Assembly (NCBI RefSeq): GCF_009834535.1
Contig: NC_045697.1
Location: 116,996,001 to 117,060,000 of the forward strand
Source: Camelus ferus
Taxonomy: Eukaryota
DNA length: 64,000 nt
Reading direction: 5' to 3'
The notes beneath the pieces were generated by a model. The model was not told the DNA's origin. It searched no databases and saw only the letters and a program-made list of their open reading frames with translations. Position numbers and translations under genes: made by a program. This document shows, piece after piece, positions 36,901 through 50,669 of this stretch. Position 1 is the first letter of the stretch. Each line of letters begins with the position of its first letter.

Positions 36901-38536
36901 ATTTGCTCTTTCCAGGTGGTTGTGCTGGTTACAAATTATTGTTTGCTTAGTTGTCCCCCAAGGTACCCTTCCCTTTCCCACCCAACTTTTGGCTCCTCAG
37001 AGCACGTCAGGTGGGTTCTACTTGACAGAAGATGGTTATGATTCAAACCTTCATCACCTCATTAGTTGCTCTTCAAATGTGGTTTGCTGGGGAGGTAAGT
37101 AGTCACCGTCTGCCCCTTGTCAAAATAAGAGAGAGTACGAAGCTACAGCTGTTTACCTAAAGCTATTCTGGACCCAATGGAGAGAATAAAAATAAATGTT
37201 CTCATTTTCAGTTGCCTCAGGAAAAAGCCTAAAGCATCGCTAACCTGGTATTATATTTTCATGAAGTCACTTCTATTAAAATCTCAGGGCCCTGCAAAAC
37301 ATGATTCAGTAGTTTGTGTTGGTTTCTTACAGAAATAATGTCCAATTATCAAACTTCGAGATTGGCTCAACATGTTTTAATTCATTTAATAATGCTATTG
37401 ATATCACAAAGAGATGAAAAGCATTGATTTATGTGGAAATAGTAGAATACCTTAATGTGTAAACCTGGCTGAGCAACAATGAAAAGGAAAATATAGTTTA
37501 TTTAACTTTGGATCCCTTTTGAGTTTCATAGATAGAGAATTGATATGTATTTATGATTATTGCAAAAAGACATCTATGGTCACAGGAGGAAGATGAAGAA
37601 ACAGAAGACTAAGACATGTCAGGGTTTACGCTGGAATATTTTGAGTGCTCACTAAATAACTCAAAAATTCATGAGATTATGGATAGCACATATGACTTTC
37701 AAAGAAAGTAAATATTTCACCTGGGGTGAAGTTAAATATACACAAGTGGTAAGTTTTATCATTTCTCTAACAAATCTCACCCATCTTGACCCCAAGTGTT
37801 TTATTAGTGCAAGTGGCCCTACACTTGATTGCAGGAATTTTGAGTACCTTTTCTGTTGTCTATTTTCTGTTTTATGGGAGTTTTTTCTTTTTCTACATCT
37901 CAAATTTGTGTTTTGTTTTCGAGTTGGTCAAACTCTTCCACTTTGCCAGTTAATCTTGGAGGCTGTCATGGATACAGCTCTCAAGTCCTTCCAGAAAATG
38001 TTTAATTTCCTGGTTCGTGGTGAGAACCTATTCTGTTATCTAGAGACTTGCCCAAATACAGATCCTGTATTGTTAGGCTGCCCTTGGTGGGTCCATGGAG
38101 GTTCTTTTTCCTATCAGACTCTCTTTGAATATATTTAGGACATGAAGTTTAGTATTTTTAAATTCAAGTGGCATGTTCTGATGCTGAGCTCATGGGTATA
38201 ACAGGGAAGAATTTAGCTATGCATACCTAGCTCCACTTCACTTCTACCTAGGTGTCATTAATTATTACTGTTATTCGTTGCTAAGTATGGACACTGTATG
38301 GAAGCCATTAGTGATCAAAAGTATTAAATAACACTAAAACTGATCAAAAGGATTAATACATATTTAGGGCTAAATGGTCAGAAATTATATGTCATATCTA
38401 AGAAGGATTATTTTCCCCAGAGCTTAAAGATGGCATAGAAAATCAATAGTAAAGTTATGGTACACATCAGGAAGAAAGAAAAGCTGGTGAGTGATTTTGA
38501 TAATTATCCCAGAGGACAGATTTTGGCCACTAGTCT

Positions 38537-39162
38537 CAAAAGACACCTGCACCCCAATGTTCATAGCAGCACTATTTACAATAGCCAAGACATGGAAATA
38601 GCCTAAATGTCCATTAACAGATGACTGGATAAAGAAGATGTGGTATATTTATACAATGGAATACTATTCAGCCATAAAAATGACAACATAACGCCATTTG
38701 CAGCAACATGGATGTCCCTGGAGAATGTCATTCTAAGTGATGTAAGCCAGAAAGAGAAAGAAAAATACTATATGAGATCACTCATATGTGGAATCCAAAA
38801 AAAAAAAAAGAACATAAATACAAAACAGAAATAGACTCATAAACATAGAATACAAACTTGTGGTTACCAAGGGGGCGGGGGGTAGGAAGGGACAGACTGG
38901 GATTTCAAAATTTGTAGATACTGACAGGTATATGCAGAAAAGATAAACAAGATTATACTGCATAGCACAGGGAAATATATACAAGATCTTGTGGTAGCTC
39001 ACAGTGAAAAAAAATGTGACAATGAATATATGTATGTTCAGGTATAACTGAAAAATTGTGCTCTACACTGGAATTTGACACAACATTGTAAAGTGACTAT
39101 AACTCAATAAAAAATGTTTAAAAAATAAAAAAAAATAAATATAAGACCTAAAAAAAAAAAAA
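38537..39162 (+). mobile_element. L1 3' fragment (ORF2 C-terminus plus type A 3' UTR)
   Basis: ORF 38640-38834 contains PFAATWMSLENVILSDVSQKEKEKYYMRSLICGI; 3' UTR closely matches 24581-24904; poly-A tail. Confidence 0.93.
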
Positions 39163-39166
39163 ACCA

Positions 39167-39664
39167 GCTGTGGTATATTTATACAATGGAATACTACTCA
39201 GCCATAACAATTAATAAAATAATGCCATTTGCAGTAACATGGATGGACCTAGAGATTGCCATTCTAAGTGAAGTAAGCCAGAAAGAAAAGAAAAATACCA
39301 TATGATATCTCTTATACGTGGAATCTAAAAAAAAAGATAGACAAACTTATTTACAAAACAGAAACAGACTCACAGACAAAGAAAACAAACTTATGGTTAC
39401 CAGGAGGGGCAAGGGGTGGGAAGGGATAAATTGGGAGTTTGAGATTTGCAGATACTAAGTACTATATATGAAATAGATATACAAGTTTCTTCTGTAGAGC
39501 ACAGGGAACTATATTTAATGTCTTGTAGTAACCTATGGTGAAAAAGAATAGGAAAACAAATATACGTATCTCCCTATATGACTGAAGCACTGTGCTGTAC
39601 ACCAGAAATTGACACAACTTTGTAAACTGACTATACTTCAATAAAAATGTGTTAAAAAATAAAT
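39167..39664 (+). mobile_element. Second L1 3' fragment (type B 3' UTR), in tandem
   Basis: Restarts at tgtggtatatttatacaatggaatactactcagcc, runs through a different 3' UTR to AATAAA and an A tail. Confidence 0.93.
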
Positions 39665-40179
39665 AGTTGATTTAGTTGCTTAGCTGAAGTTGTCTGCTCC
39701 TTAGGTGTAACTTTGCACCTGTGAGACACTTCCAAGGTGCTAGACCTCGGTCCCCTACACTTGAAATTGTCTTTCCATGCTGATGTCAGTGCTGTTCTCC
39801 ACAAGGATACTGTTTGCTGGTGGGAGAGATCCAGCCGATAGACCGATAGAATGTGCTGGTTTCAGAACTTATTACAACTGCCAAGTCTATGCCTGGAGCG
39901 AAGGCCAAGTTTTCCACAGATGAAAGGTAATTCAGCATTGGCTCTGGGCCCACTTCCCTTCAGGGAAAAAAAACTACCAATTGAGCTGTTTAGGTTTAAA
40001 ACAGGATGTCAGGCTAATTTTATCTTTGTTTTTTTTTTTTTTTTTCTTGCGCTACTTCTTTGTCCAGCTCAGCAATCCGATGTTCCTGTTTGGGCATAAG
40101 ACTGCTGTTCAGAGTGAGGAAATGATGGCCTCATCGAAAGGACAAATATTCACTTGGAAATACCGGAAAAGTCATTCTA

Positions 40180-41050
40180 CTCCAGTCCTCCAGCAGCTCT
40201 TGTTTTCTTCCAGAGAAATAAGTTTTTGCAGGCACGTGGCATTTTTCATCCTCTCACGCTCCTTAGTAGGGTGTAGGAGGAAGTGGTCTGTGGCAGCTTC
40301 TGGGAGCATCCTCTCAGAAATGCTGGAGGAAACTTTCTGCCCTGTCGCCCCTTTTTCCATCCTGTGGTTTGAAATGAGGGGTTCAAGGCAGACTGCCCCA
40401 GAATGGGCCACTTTGGCACCTGGAGATTTCAAGCTGAAGACAGTGGGGGCCCAGCAGACTCAGGAATAGCTTTTACCTCCCCCTTAACTGCCTGGAAGTA
40501 TTAAGACAGGGTCTATACCAGGAAGACAGCTGTTACTTGAGATAACTTCTTGTATCAGAAAGACTTCCTTGCACGGCAGGACAAACATCCGTTTACCAAA
40601 CACTTGCTCTTCTCATCTGCCTGTGAATTGTCTTCCTCCCCTTTGAAACCCCAGACCCCTGCCCCCTTTTCTTTAGCTCAGGATGACATATAAGTCTTAG
40701 TCGCCTGAGTGGCTGGGAGTCTCCTATCTTTATAGGACTCCTGTTTGTACGTAATTACATTTTCCCCCTGCTATTAATGTGTCTCATGCTAATTTGCTTG
40801 TTAGGCAAGCCAAAGAACCTAGAAGGGAAGATGGAAAATTTTTTCCTGCCAACAGGGACGTGGACGTGATGGCTGGAGCTCCATCTTGGACTGTGGTCCT
40901 GAGGGCCACACTTAGCAATAAGGGAAGAGAAAGTTATGAGAAGCCTGTGTGTCTGAGGTCTTTGTAGAGCTTTTCTGCTGGCTTTGTAGTTCAACAAAGG
41001 ACTTTGTAAACTGCTTTGCCCACCCTGAAACTGTGAAAATCCAGACTTAC
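40180..41050 (+). mobile_element. Old MaLR LTR (MLT1J/K-like) split by the LTR at 40375-40854
   Basis: gaggaagtggtctgtggcagcttctggg...ccatcctg on the left continues as cgtggacgtgatggctggagctccatcttgga on the right. Confidence 0.6.
40375..40854 (+). mobile_element. ERV1-class solo LTR (MER34-like)
   Basis: TGAGGGGTTCAAGGCAGACTGCCCCAGAATGGGCCACTTTGGCA head and ...TTTTCCTGCCAACA end. Confidence 0.75.
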
Positions 41051-41725
41051 ACAAGGAGGGGAATTGAACTTCTGACTCATTCAGGGTATTGCATGTTGGA
41101 TTTCTTGCTATTCACAGCTGAAACTAATCTTAATACTTTAAAATCATTTTATCTTAAAGTAATTATTCTGGTTCAAAAATTGTGTTTAAAAAGTTTTATT
41201 TTAAAGTAATTAAAAACAGTTTTGTGTTTTATTTGTGTGTTCCAATTGGTCAGGCATGATTAAATGAAGCATGCTATGAATACTCATAAACTTTTTAAAA
41301 TTACACTTTGGAAGCCTACTGTAAAGACATTATGGAGCATTAAGGAATGCTCTTGAAATACATGTATTTTCAAAGGCAGATTTATTCAAATATGACACAC
41401 ATCTAGCTTCCGTGTAGTAGTTTAATGCAATTATACATGCCTGACAATGGTCCTTACAACATCGCTATCAACAAGAATTTAAATAATACTATTTAATTCA
41501 ATTAAACATTTTCAGATAAAGTAGGGATTTTTATTTGTAATTCTAAGGTTCTCCAGCATGGATAACCACATTTACACTAGCAGTGGCCACATAAAAGTTT
41601 TAAATTTCATTGCATGAAATACAAACGAAAAAGAATTGTGTTTAGGATGTTGGTTCCACTAACTTTTTTTTTTTTTGGCACTAACGTAGCTTTAATCAAT
41701 AAGTCCTACTTTCAGCAAATAGAAG

Positions 41726-42119
41726 TGGGGGCATGGACTGAATATTTGTGTTCTGCTAAAGTCCATCTGTTGAAGCTGTTCATACCCCAATATGATGGTA
41801 TTTGGAAATGAGGTTTTGGGGAAGAATTTAGAGTTAGATTAAGTTATGAGGGTGGGGCCTTCATGGTGAGATTAGTGGCCTTAGAGGATGAAAGAGACTG
41901 TTCACCTTTCAGACACACACACTCTGAGGAAAGGCCATGTGGGGACACAGTGGGAAAGCAGCCATTTGCAAGCCAGGAAGAGGGTCTCCACCAGCAACCG
42001 ACCATGCCAGCCCCCTGATCACAGACTTCTGGTTCCCAGAACTGTGAGAAAATTAATGTCTGTTGCATAAATCCCCAGCTTATGTTATTTTGTTTTGGTG
42101 GCCTGAGCAGACTAAGACT
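41726..42119 (+). mobile_element. MaLR LTR (MLT1A/B-like)
   Basis: atggactgaatatttgtg...ggtggggccttcatggtgagattagtggcc...cagaactgtgagaaaattaatgtctgttg...gcagactaagac. Confidence 0.88.
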
Positions 42120-43055
42120 GGGTTATTTGATGATAACACCGGTAGCCAGGGCATGCTATGGGAATGGTGATTCATTTCAGTGGGACATCTGTCTTGGACA
42201 CTCCTTGTTGGCAAATTGTAATCTGCACTGCTGGCTGAATTTTTCTCTTTCTGGAGCCAGGGTTTTACAGGCAATAATTGGGTTGTATGCAGTACTACCA
42301 CTGTAGTACTCTTGTTTTAGAAGATCTTTTCAGATACTGACTTTTCTGTGATATCTGAATTGCTGTGTACAGTAATTCATTTCTTGGAACATTCTTCTAA
42401 GTTCTTCCCCATAACTTTAGGCACATCCTCCTTAGTCTGCCAGGATGACTGTGTGTCTTCAGTCAGCCCTCTCAGCCCTTCCAGGTGCCTCTGCTTTGTC
42501 CTCTTCCTCCTGCCAACCTTTCTCCTAACTTTGCAGTCTCCCTGGAAATCAGTAGAAAGGAGCAAACGTAGCTCCCACCTCCTTCGAAATATCCTTAATT
42601 TCAAAATTCTGGAGACATGCATGAGAGTGTGTTAAGTTTTTAATAAGCTTTTCTGGCTGTGATCTACAAACTCCAATTAAATGTCAAGCAGGAAAAAAAG
42701 GTGAAGGTATCTTAAGGGATCATGTTCCTAATACTGCTTAAATATCATATTTTATTCATTAGATCATTTTACCTGGATGATATTTATACCTTAATATGTA
42801 GTTGATATTTTAAAATAAGCTGATTATGCCAATCTTAGTTTTCAGAATTATAGACGCTGACATTTTGCAGGTTTTCTTTGCCAACTGGTAACAAAGCATC
42901 AGAGGGTTGTGTTATATGAGGAGCTGATGACAAAGAGAATTCAGCCTGTATCTCAAGAGTAATCTTATTTTTGGTCACAAAATCAAGATGCTGTTAAAAA
43001 GATGCACTATTCAAGCTTGCACAGGCTTCACTGTGCTACTTTAGGCAGGAATTCA

Positions 43056-43500
43056 ATTTTTTTTTTTACACTTGTTAAAATTACAGTATAGTCGGTTTAT
43101 AATGTGTCAGTTTCTGGTGTACAGTTTAATAGTTCAGTCATACATGAACATACATGTATTCCTTTTCATGCTCTCTTCCATTATAGGGTTACTATATGAT
43201 ATTGACTATAGTTCCCTGTGCTATACAGTATAAACTTATTTATCTATTTTATATAGTAGTTAGTATCTGCAAATCTCAAACTCCCAATTTATCCTTTCCC
43301 AACCCCTCCCCCCTGGTAGCTATACGTTTGTTTTCTATGTCTGTGAGTCTGTTTCTGTTTCATAAATAAGTTTGTCTTTTTTTTTTTTTTTTTTTTAGTT
43401 TCCACACATAAGTGAGATCATATGGTATTTTTCTTTCTCTTTCTGGCATATTTCACTTAGAATGATGATTTCCATGTTGCTGCAAATGGCATTATTTTAT
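43056..43500 (-). mobile_element. L1 3' fragment (type B)
   Basis: Poly-T then tttctggtgtacag...gttccctgtgctatacag...ccatgttgctgcaaatggcattatttt. Confidence 0.9.
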
Positions 43501-44589
43501 CTGACTCCTTATTTTTAGTTTTTCCTTTTTGTCTGTACAGCCAGTGAATATGTCACTTCATTTTTCAGACCCAGGCATTAAATACAGCTCACTTCTAACT
43601 AAAGTTAGATCAGTACTCAATCTGCATCATAACCCATGTAAAAATCTATCCAATTAATTAAATCAAAGCCCTTTTGTGGCTATTTCTATATGAACAAAGT
43701 AGGGAGCATTTTAATAAAATGTCTTAGACGAGATTTCTTTTTAGGTAAAGAAAAGTTAGGGTAAAAAACAAAATTGGGGGTGTTTGAGATTGCCTAGGTC
43801 AGTTTTTTCTATCTCTCCACCTTTTTCTTGTTAATTGTAGCATCCCCACCCAGTCTGCATCTTTGCAAATGTGACCAGTTTCCATAGCTCATAATACACC
43901 TTTTAAGTAGGACAGAGTTAAAAATATTTTTCTAGTTCTTAAAAATATTATTAGGAATTCCATTTAGTCGTTGAATTTTCTTAATACATAATATAGACTC
44001 CTTTAATTTTTGAAACAAATATTATAAATTAAATTGCTATGATGTCATAAAATATAATTTTCTATAAATTAAACAAGCTGGATCGAGAGAAAATCAAAAG
44101 GGGGTGTTTTATGTTTACGCTTTGGAAAAATCAAAAACATTGCTAATCCATCTATAAGATTATATTCATGTTACATTTCCCTTAAACAAACTCATGTATA
44201 GATAACTTTAAAGGAACATTGATTTTGTAATGGTTGACTATTGGTTATTTAAAAGGCCAGCCTGTGTAGGTAAATAGTTTATTCAACGTGTCATGACATC
44301 CTCCATGACACAAGGTTCTAAGTACATCTTGCTGTAGTTAATTTGGTTGGATCCACTGACAATACTGTTAATTGAAAGTTTGGCAAATATCCAGGAAAAT
44401 AATCATGGTTAACTGGACTAAAAAGAAAAATGCACATGAAGTATTGCAAAGCATAATTCTTTTGTTTCATATTGAAACAAACATATTTTCCTAAGTGTTG
44501 GAACAATATACTTCTAAACGTAGAAGTATTAGACATCACACCATGAATGAACAGTATTGAATCATATTTTTTAAAAAAGCTCTGATGTA

Positions 44590-44889
44590 ACATAGTCTTT
44601 TTGCAACTCAGGGACCAATAATTTTTTTTTTTCCTTAAGAACAGGAGAGTAAATATTTTAAACTGTCTCAGCTACACAGCTCTGTCCACATAGCGCAAAA
44701 GTATTTATAAACAACAGGTACATGAATTAGTGCACTGAAACTTGAATTTTGTATACTTTCCACAGGCCACAGAATAATATTTTGATTTTTTTCAATCATT
44801 CAGGAAGGCAAAATCCATTTTTAGCGTAGGAGCCACAAAACAGACGGCAGGCAGATTTGGCCTTTGATTCATGGTTTGCTGACTCCTGA
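44590..44889. mobile_element. MER58B-like hAT-Charlie non-autonomous element
   Basis: Terminal ggcagatttggcc...tggtttgctgactcctg and internal ctgaaacttgaattt motif. Confidence 0.7.
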
Positions 44890-46011
44890 TATAAATTATA
44901 TACTAGTTTTTATCAATTTTTTTTTCTTACAATGATATCCTTTCTGGAAATTTGTCATTTTTCTTTTAATTTGTTCCAAAGCCACATGATTGATTCCCTA
45001 TCACATTCAAAAGCAAATTTACATCATACACTATAAAACCCATGTAATATGCAAGTTTTACAAAGGATCTGAGGAGATTTCACAGCATGAAAGGATTATT
45101 TATACTTTCTCTGGCATTCTTTTTTCATAGAATTATTTTCAAAAATTAGGAGAGGCCCTGACTGATTTGGAAATACTGTAACATATAGAAGTTTTATTTC
45201 TGAAGAGACCAATGAGACACAAATCAGTGAACACACATTAAAAGGTCATTATTACACAGCAATTTAAGGAAAAGGAGGTTGGTTTACCCTGGTCAAGAGA
45301 CCAACATAAGTTATAATGAAAATACTTGAAAATTAGTTTTCTACATTTTCCAACTTTTATTATAAGGAGTGAAGCCAAGAGTTTCTCATGATGAAATTTA
45401 TTTCTCAGCGTACAGCTGAAATCAAGGAGGAAATAAATCCCTCTCTTGGAAATGAAAGTCAGAACTTTCAAATGCTGCCTGCTCAAAATTGTTCAGCAGT
45501 TGTGTTGGGAAATTTAATATCCCAAATAGAAGTTTCCGTGGGTAAAATAGTGGTATTTACTTGGCTTCTCTCTTTCTTTTTTCATCCATAAAGCTCAGTG
45601 TGGGAGGAGAGCCCTGCAAGCAAGATGAATATAATTCAGTTCAAATCCAATCTTGGAAAGGTTACCAACCTGGTGCCTCCAGCAGTTTCTACAGATTATC
45701 ACCTGGTGAAAAATCTATTCAGGCATTCATTCCTGTATGAGGTCGTAAACTCCAAATAATTTGCTCTACGCGTGACTTCAGATTATTTTAATACGATTCT
45801 AGAAATTAGAATCTAATGAGTCAGTGCTAAGGGACTCAAACAGGTAAAATAAACTAATTTGTGTGGATGGAGGTAGGAAGCCATGTCTCTTTAATTTAGG
45901 GGACCAATTGTTGATCCAGATAATCACATCAGGAAACGATATAGACACACACAAAGACACAAGAGCCCATGTTTACTGGTCAAGTGAGTAAAACCACACC
46001 AGATCCAGCTT

Positions 46012-46390
46012 AGTCATCAGACTGAATTGGGTCCCCACTTAATTTGTGTGCTGAAGTTCTAATTCTCAACGTGGTGGTGTGTGCTGAAGAAGATGCAGCC
46101 TTTAGGAGGTAATTAGGTTTGATGATGCCGTGAGGTTGAGGCCCTCCTATTTGGAGTAGCGCTCTTATAAAGAGAGATTCCAAAGAGGGCACTGTCCCTG
46201 TCTTCACCATGTCAGGACACAGAAAGAAGGTGGTCATCGGCAAGCCTGGAAGCAGGTCCTCGCCAAAGACCAACCTCTCTGACACCCTGATCTTGGACTT
46301 CCCAGGCTCCAGAACTATGACAAATAAATGTCTGTTGTCTAAGCCACCCAATCTGATATATTGCCATGGCAGCCTGAGCAGACTAAGACA
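46012..46390 (+). mobile_element. MaLR LTR (MLT1A/B-like)
   Basis: gactgaattgggtcccc...tgatcttggacttcccaggctccagaactatgacaaataaatgtctgttgtctaagccaccc...gcagactaagaca. Confidence 0.9.
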
Positions 46391-46449
46391 GCATCTCTTT
46401 CAGATTTTATAGGTAAGAAACAGATCTAATTATAAATTTCAAAATAACT

Positions 46450-47821
46450 TAAGGGAAGTCTTAAATGACTTCCAAATTTGTAAAGAAATGCTATCAATTT
46501 ATAGCCCTTAATATTAAACGGTGGTATATACATTTTAAAATATTAGATATTTGTTAAAGAAGCATTTTCCACCAGTATGAGAAACTTTCATCATAGTAGA
46601 CAAAGCTCTAGCTATGTTAGGTAAAAAAATCAAATTTTAAAGTAAAAGATTGATAATTCCCCTATTATTTTGTCCAACTATATGACCCATATTGAAAATA
46701 TTTGTGAAAAAAATTATTCATGGTGCCCTGAAACAGAGTCTATAAAATATGTCACAAATAGAGTTGTTAGAATCCTTTATTACATACAAAATGTTGAAAG
46801 GAATAGAAGACAGTAGATACAGTAGTCTTGTGTTATTGCTAATGCTGGTTGGTGTGGTCATGGGAGAGTTTTACGATGATACGTTGTTATCCAGGTTCAA
46901 GAGTTTTCCAAGCAAGAATGTCACCACACATTCAATAATCAAAGACAAAATAAGTGTGATTTCATTTTTTCACCAATATGCACTGCATATGAATGAGATC
47001 AGTTTGAAATCCCAAAGGAAAAGAAAAGCTTATTTGGGACTTCGCTTGACAGGTGTGAAACTTCGGTTAAATGAAAATTTTCCATGATACACATCAATAA
47101 TAATAATATTACTTATTTTTCTACCAAGAATGAGAAAGATTTAAATTGTAATTAATGGTGTTACATAAATTTGCAAACACTATGAGAAACATTTGAAGAC
47201 GATTTTATTAATATTAATAAACTTTGAATTGCCTTTCAATTTACAGAATTCCCTTTTGTGTTCTATGTTAATAATACTGAGTTGACAGAAGAATGATTTA
47301 ATTCACTTAGACAGACTTGTTCCAACTTGATGTTTTGCTTCAGTTGAATCAATTCTTTAAAAGACAAACCAGTTTTGTCAATATGGAAGATAATATTAAG
47401 TGAAATGATTTGTACTCAGTTCAGCATTAGAAAAACTATTAGAACTGTTCAAAGTATTAGAAAACTTATTGAAAATATTACATTAATTTTTGCATATGTT
47501 TGAAATGTGTTGGGTATCTGAATCTATTAATACAGATCTAGTAGTCTCCATAAAAATTTAACACCCGAATTGAGATATGCTGTTTAAGTGTAAAAAGCAC
47601 ATTAGACTTTAAAGTCTTAGTATGAACTATAGGATAAAAAATATCTCTAATAATTTTCATATTGATTAGTTATTGAAATGATAATAGTCTAGATATATTG
47701 GGTTAAACAAAATGTATTGTTAAAATTAATTTATCCTGTTTTGTTTTCCTTTTTTAATGTGGCTGTTAGGAAATGTAAAGTTATTTATGTGGTTTGCATG
47801 GCTTTATATTAGACAGAACTG
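46450..47821 (+). mobile_element. Charlie1-like hAT DNA transposon, decayed 3' part
   Basis: Degenerate transposase-region text (cactgcatatgaatgag...aaggaaaagaaaagcttattt) and a MER33/Charlie1-type terminus (gatatattgggttaaa...ttttaatgtggct...tattagacagaactg). Confidence 0.78.
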
Positions 47822-48104
47822 TTCTACGAACTAGGCCATCATGAATAAAATGTGCCATGGGTAAATGTTCCTAGGAGCCCAGATTCCTATGAGAAGAACT
47901 TCTGTTTCCTTTTCTTGTTCAGTTGAAAACTCTTCAAAGGCAGGAATTACGTGTTCATTTCTGCTTTTTCAGTTTCTAGCACAGTATCTAGCAAAATATA
48001 AAGATACATAATCAATAAATATTTTCAGAGTATAGAGAAATTAGTAAATTGATGAATTAATGTATCAATGATCAGTCAGGCAAAGGTGTGGTTTTGTAAT
48101 TAGT

Positions 48105-49465
48105 ACTTTTTAATTGAATATTTATTTGTATGCAATTTTAAAAGATTATACTCCATGTTATTATAAAATATTGGCTACATTCCCTGTATTGTACAATATA
48201 TCCTTGTAGCTTATTTTATACCTAATAGTTTATAACTCCTATGCCCTTACCCCTATCTTGCCCCCACCACCTCCCCACTGGTAACCACAGTTTGTTCTCT
48301 GTATCTGTGAGTGTAAGTCTTTTTTTGTTATATTCACTAGTTTGTTGTATTTTTTTGATTCCACATGCTAGTGATATGATACAATATTTGTCTTTCTCTG
48401 TCTGACTTTTTTCACATAGCACAATGCCCTCCAAGTCCATCCATGTTGTTGCAAATGGCAAAATTTTATTCTTTTTTATGGCTGAGTAGTATTCCATTGT
48501 ATAAATATACCACATCTTCTTTATGCAGTCTTCTGTGGACGGGCACCTAGATTGCTTCCATGTCTTGGCTATTGTAAATAATGCTGCCATGAACTTTGGG
48601 TTGCATGTATCTTTTCAAATTAGAGTTTCTGTTTTTTTCAGATATATACCCAGGAGTGGAATTGCTAGGTCATATGGTAGCTCTATTTTTGGATTTTTGA
48701 GAAATCTCTGTACTGGTTTCCACAGTGGTTGCACCAAATTACACTCTCACCAGTGGTGTCAAGGGTTCCCTTTTCTCCATTTCCTTGCCATCATTTGTTA
48801 TTTGTGTTCTTTTTTGATGATGGCCATTCTGATGGGCGTGAGGTGGTATCTCACTGTGGTTTTGATTTGCATTTCGCTGATGATGAGCGATGTCAACATC
48901 TTTTCATCTGCTTGTTGGCCATCTGTATGTCTTCTTCGGAAAAATGTCTATTCAAGTTTTCTGCCCATTTGAAGGGTTCTTTGTTTTTCTGATGTTGAGT
49001 TGTATAAACTGTTTATATATGTTGAACATTAACCCCTTATCGGTAATATCATTTGCAAATACTTTCTCCCATTGAGTAGGTTATCTTTTTGTTTGTTGAT
49101 GGTTTCCTTTGTTGTGCAAAAGCTTTTAGGTTTAGTTAAGTTCCACTTATTTATTTTTGCTTTTATTTCCTTTATTTTAGGAGACACATCCAAAAAAAAT
49201 ACTGCTGTGATTTATGTCAGAGACTGTACTGCCTATGTTTTCCTCCAGGAGTTTTATAGTATCTGGTCTTACATTTAGGTATTTAATCCATTTTAAGCTT
49301 ATTTTTGTATGTGGTGTTACAGAATGTTCTAATTTCATTCTTTTATGCATAACTGTCCAGTTTTCCCAGCACCGTTTATTGAACAGACTGTCTTTTCTCC
49401 ATTGCACATTCTTGCCTCCTTTGTTGTAGATTAATTAACCATAAGTGCGTGGGTTTGTTTCTGGG
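48105..49465 (-). mobile_element. L1, 5'-truncated (ORF2 C-terminal part plus 3' UTR), frameshifted
   Basis: Minus ORFs give [15 protein letters not shown]...[29 protein letters not shown] and AALFTIAKTWKQSRCPS...WYIYTMEYYSAIKKN, both L1 ORF2p C-terminal motifs. Confidence 0.96.
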
Positions 49466-50559
49466 CAAAGATGCGGTTTTTGTAGTTGTAGTCTGGATGG
49501 ATACATCTTCCTGTGTGGTGTTACAGCTTGGGAACTCTTCCTTCAACTCCTCCTTTTCTATTTATCAAGTAAGCTCCCAAGGACAAATGTTCTAACAAGG
49601 TTGACCATATGTCCCAGTTTGCTCAGGTGAATTCTACTGTGCACTTGGTTTTCTCTGGCCATTATAAATAACTCCTATTCAACCACTGGGGAGAGAAAGC
49701 GGTACCCTTGGGCTATGGAGATGGGCAAACACACAACCCCAGACCCCGGGCTGATGAGACTGACAGCAATTGACAGTCACATGTACCCACAGCCTGGGGA
49801 AAAACACATTGTATCTATCAGTGCCAGGCCACATGGGGCTTCCCTTGGGAGCAAATGGAACCACCACCAAGCTTTGCAGGAGGTGGAAGGTGGGTGCCCC
49901 CCAGTTCCAGTGGAAGGAAGTGACTGTGTTATTTGAAGAATTCTGCCAGCTGAAACCTGCCACATAGGCACAGGCGGAAATTGCCCCTGTTCCCTCTAAG
50001 AAGTCGTGTTGTTTGGCTGGGGGACCTAGTCCACAGGAGCGGAGTAGGCAGAGGACCTTGGGGGAAGGCCATCTGAGACCTTCCATGCATTTCACCAGAT
50101 GGCAAGATAGCAAGTCACATGGAATCTTAATTTCAGGCTTTATTCCACAGCCCCACTCCTGCATCAGAAATGTCATGTCTCAGACTATGAATGATCAGGT
50201 CATCCTAGTTATCACCAGCGTTCATACATTTCATTGAACTCGTGGCCCGAGTTGGGACAAAATGAAATCTCCACATCACTAGTGTTACTTCTCTGGTTTC
50301 TGAGGCAAGTGCATACGAATATGTAGGCTTGGGAATAATTACTTTTTACTATTAAAAACATAATTAATAGATTAAACATATCCTTTCTCTGTTTATGCCT
50401 TTTGATGTTCATCCCGTCTCTTTCCAATACAGGCCATTTCCCTTCCTCTTAGACATGAAGCAAAAAAGCCACAAATGCACAAAGTTGATAATAATATTCT
50501 TTGTAGATGTGAGAACCCAGGGAAGACTCATTTGTGTTCCAATAGCACATTGTGATTTA

Positions 50560-50620
50560 AATAATCATTTGGGAGAACTATGTTCAATGGCTTGTAGCAG
50601 CATATAATGAAAAAGACTGT

Positions 50621-50669
<49 letters not shown>

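Noticed and set aside
39981..40469. 162-aa ORF and antisense 86-aa ORF as a processed pseudogene
   Set aside because: Largely overlap MLT1-like and MER34-like LTR sequence; no parent protein recognised.
46749..47087. 112-aa ORF as a domesticated transposase
   Set aside because: Lies within the decayed Charlie1-like element and shows no intact transposase frame.
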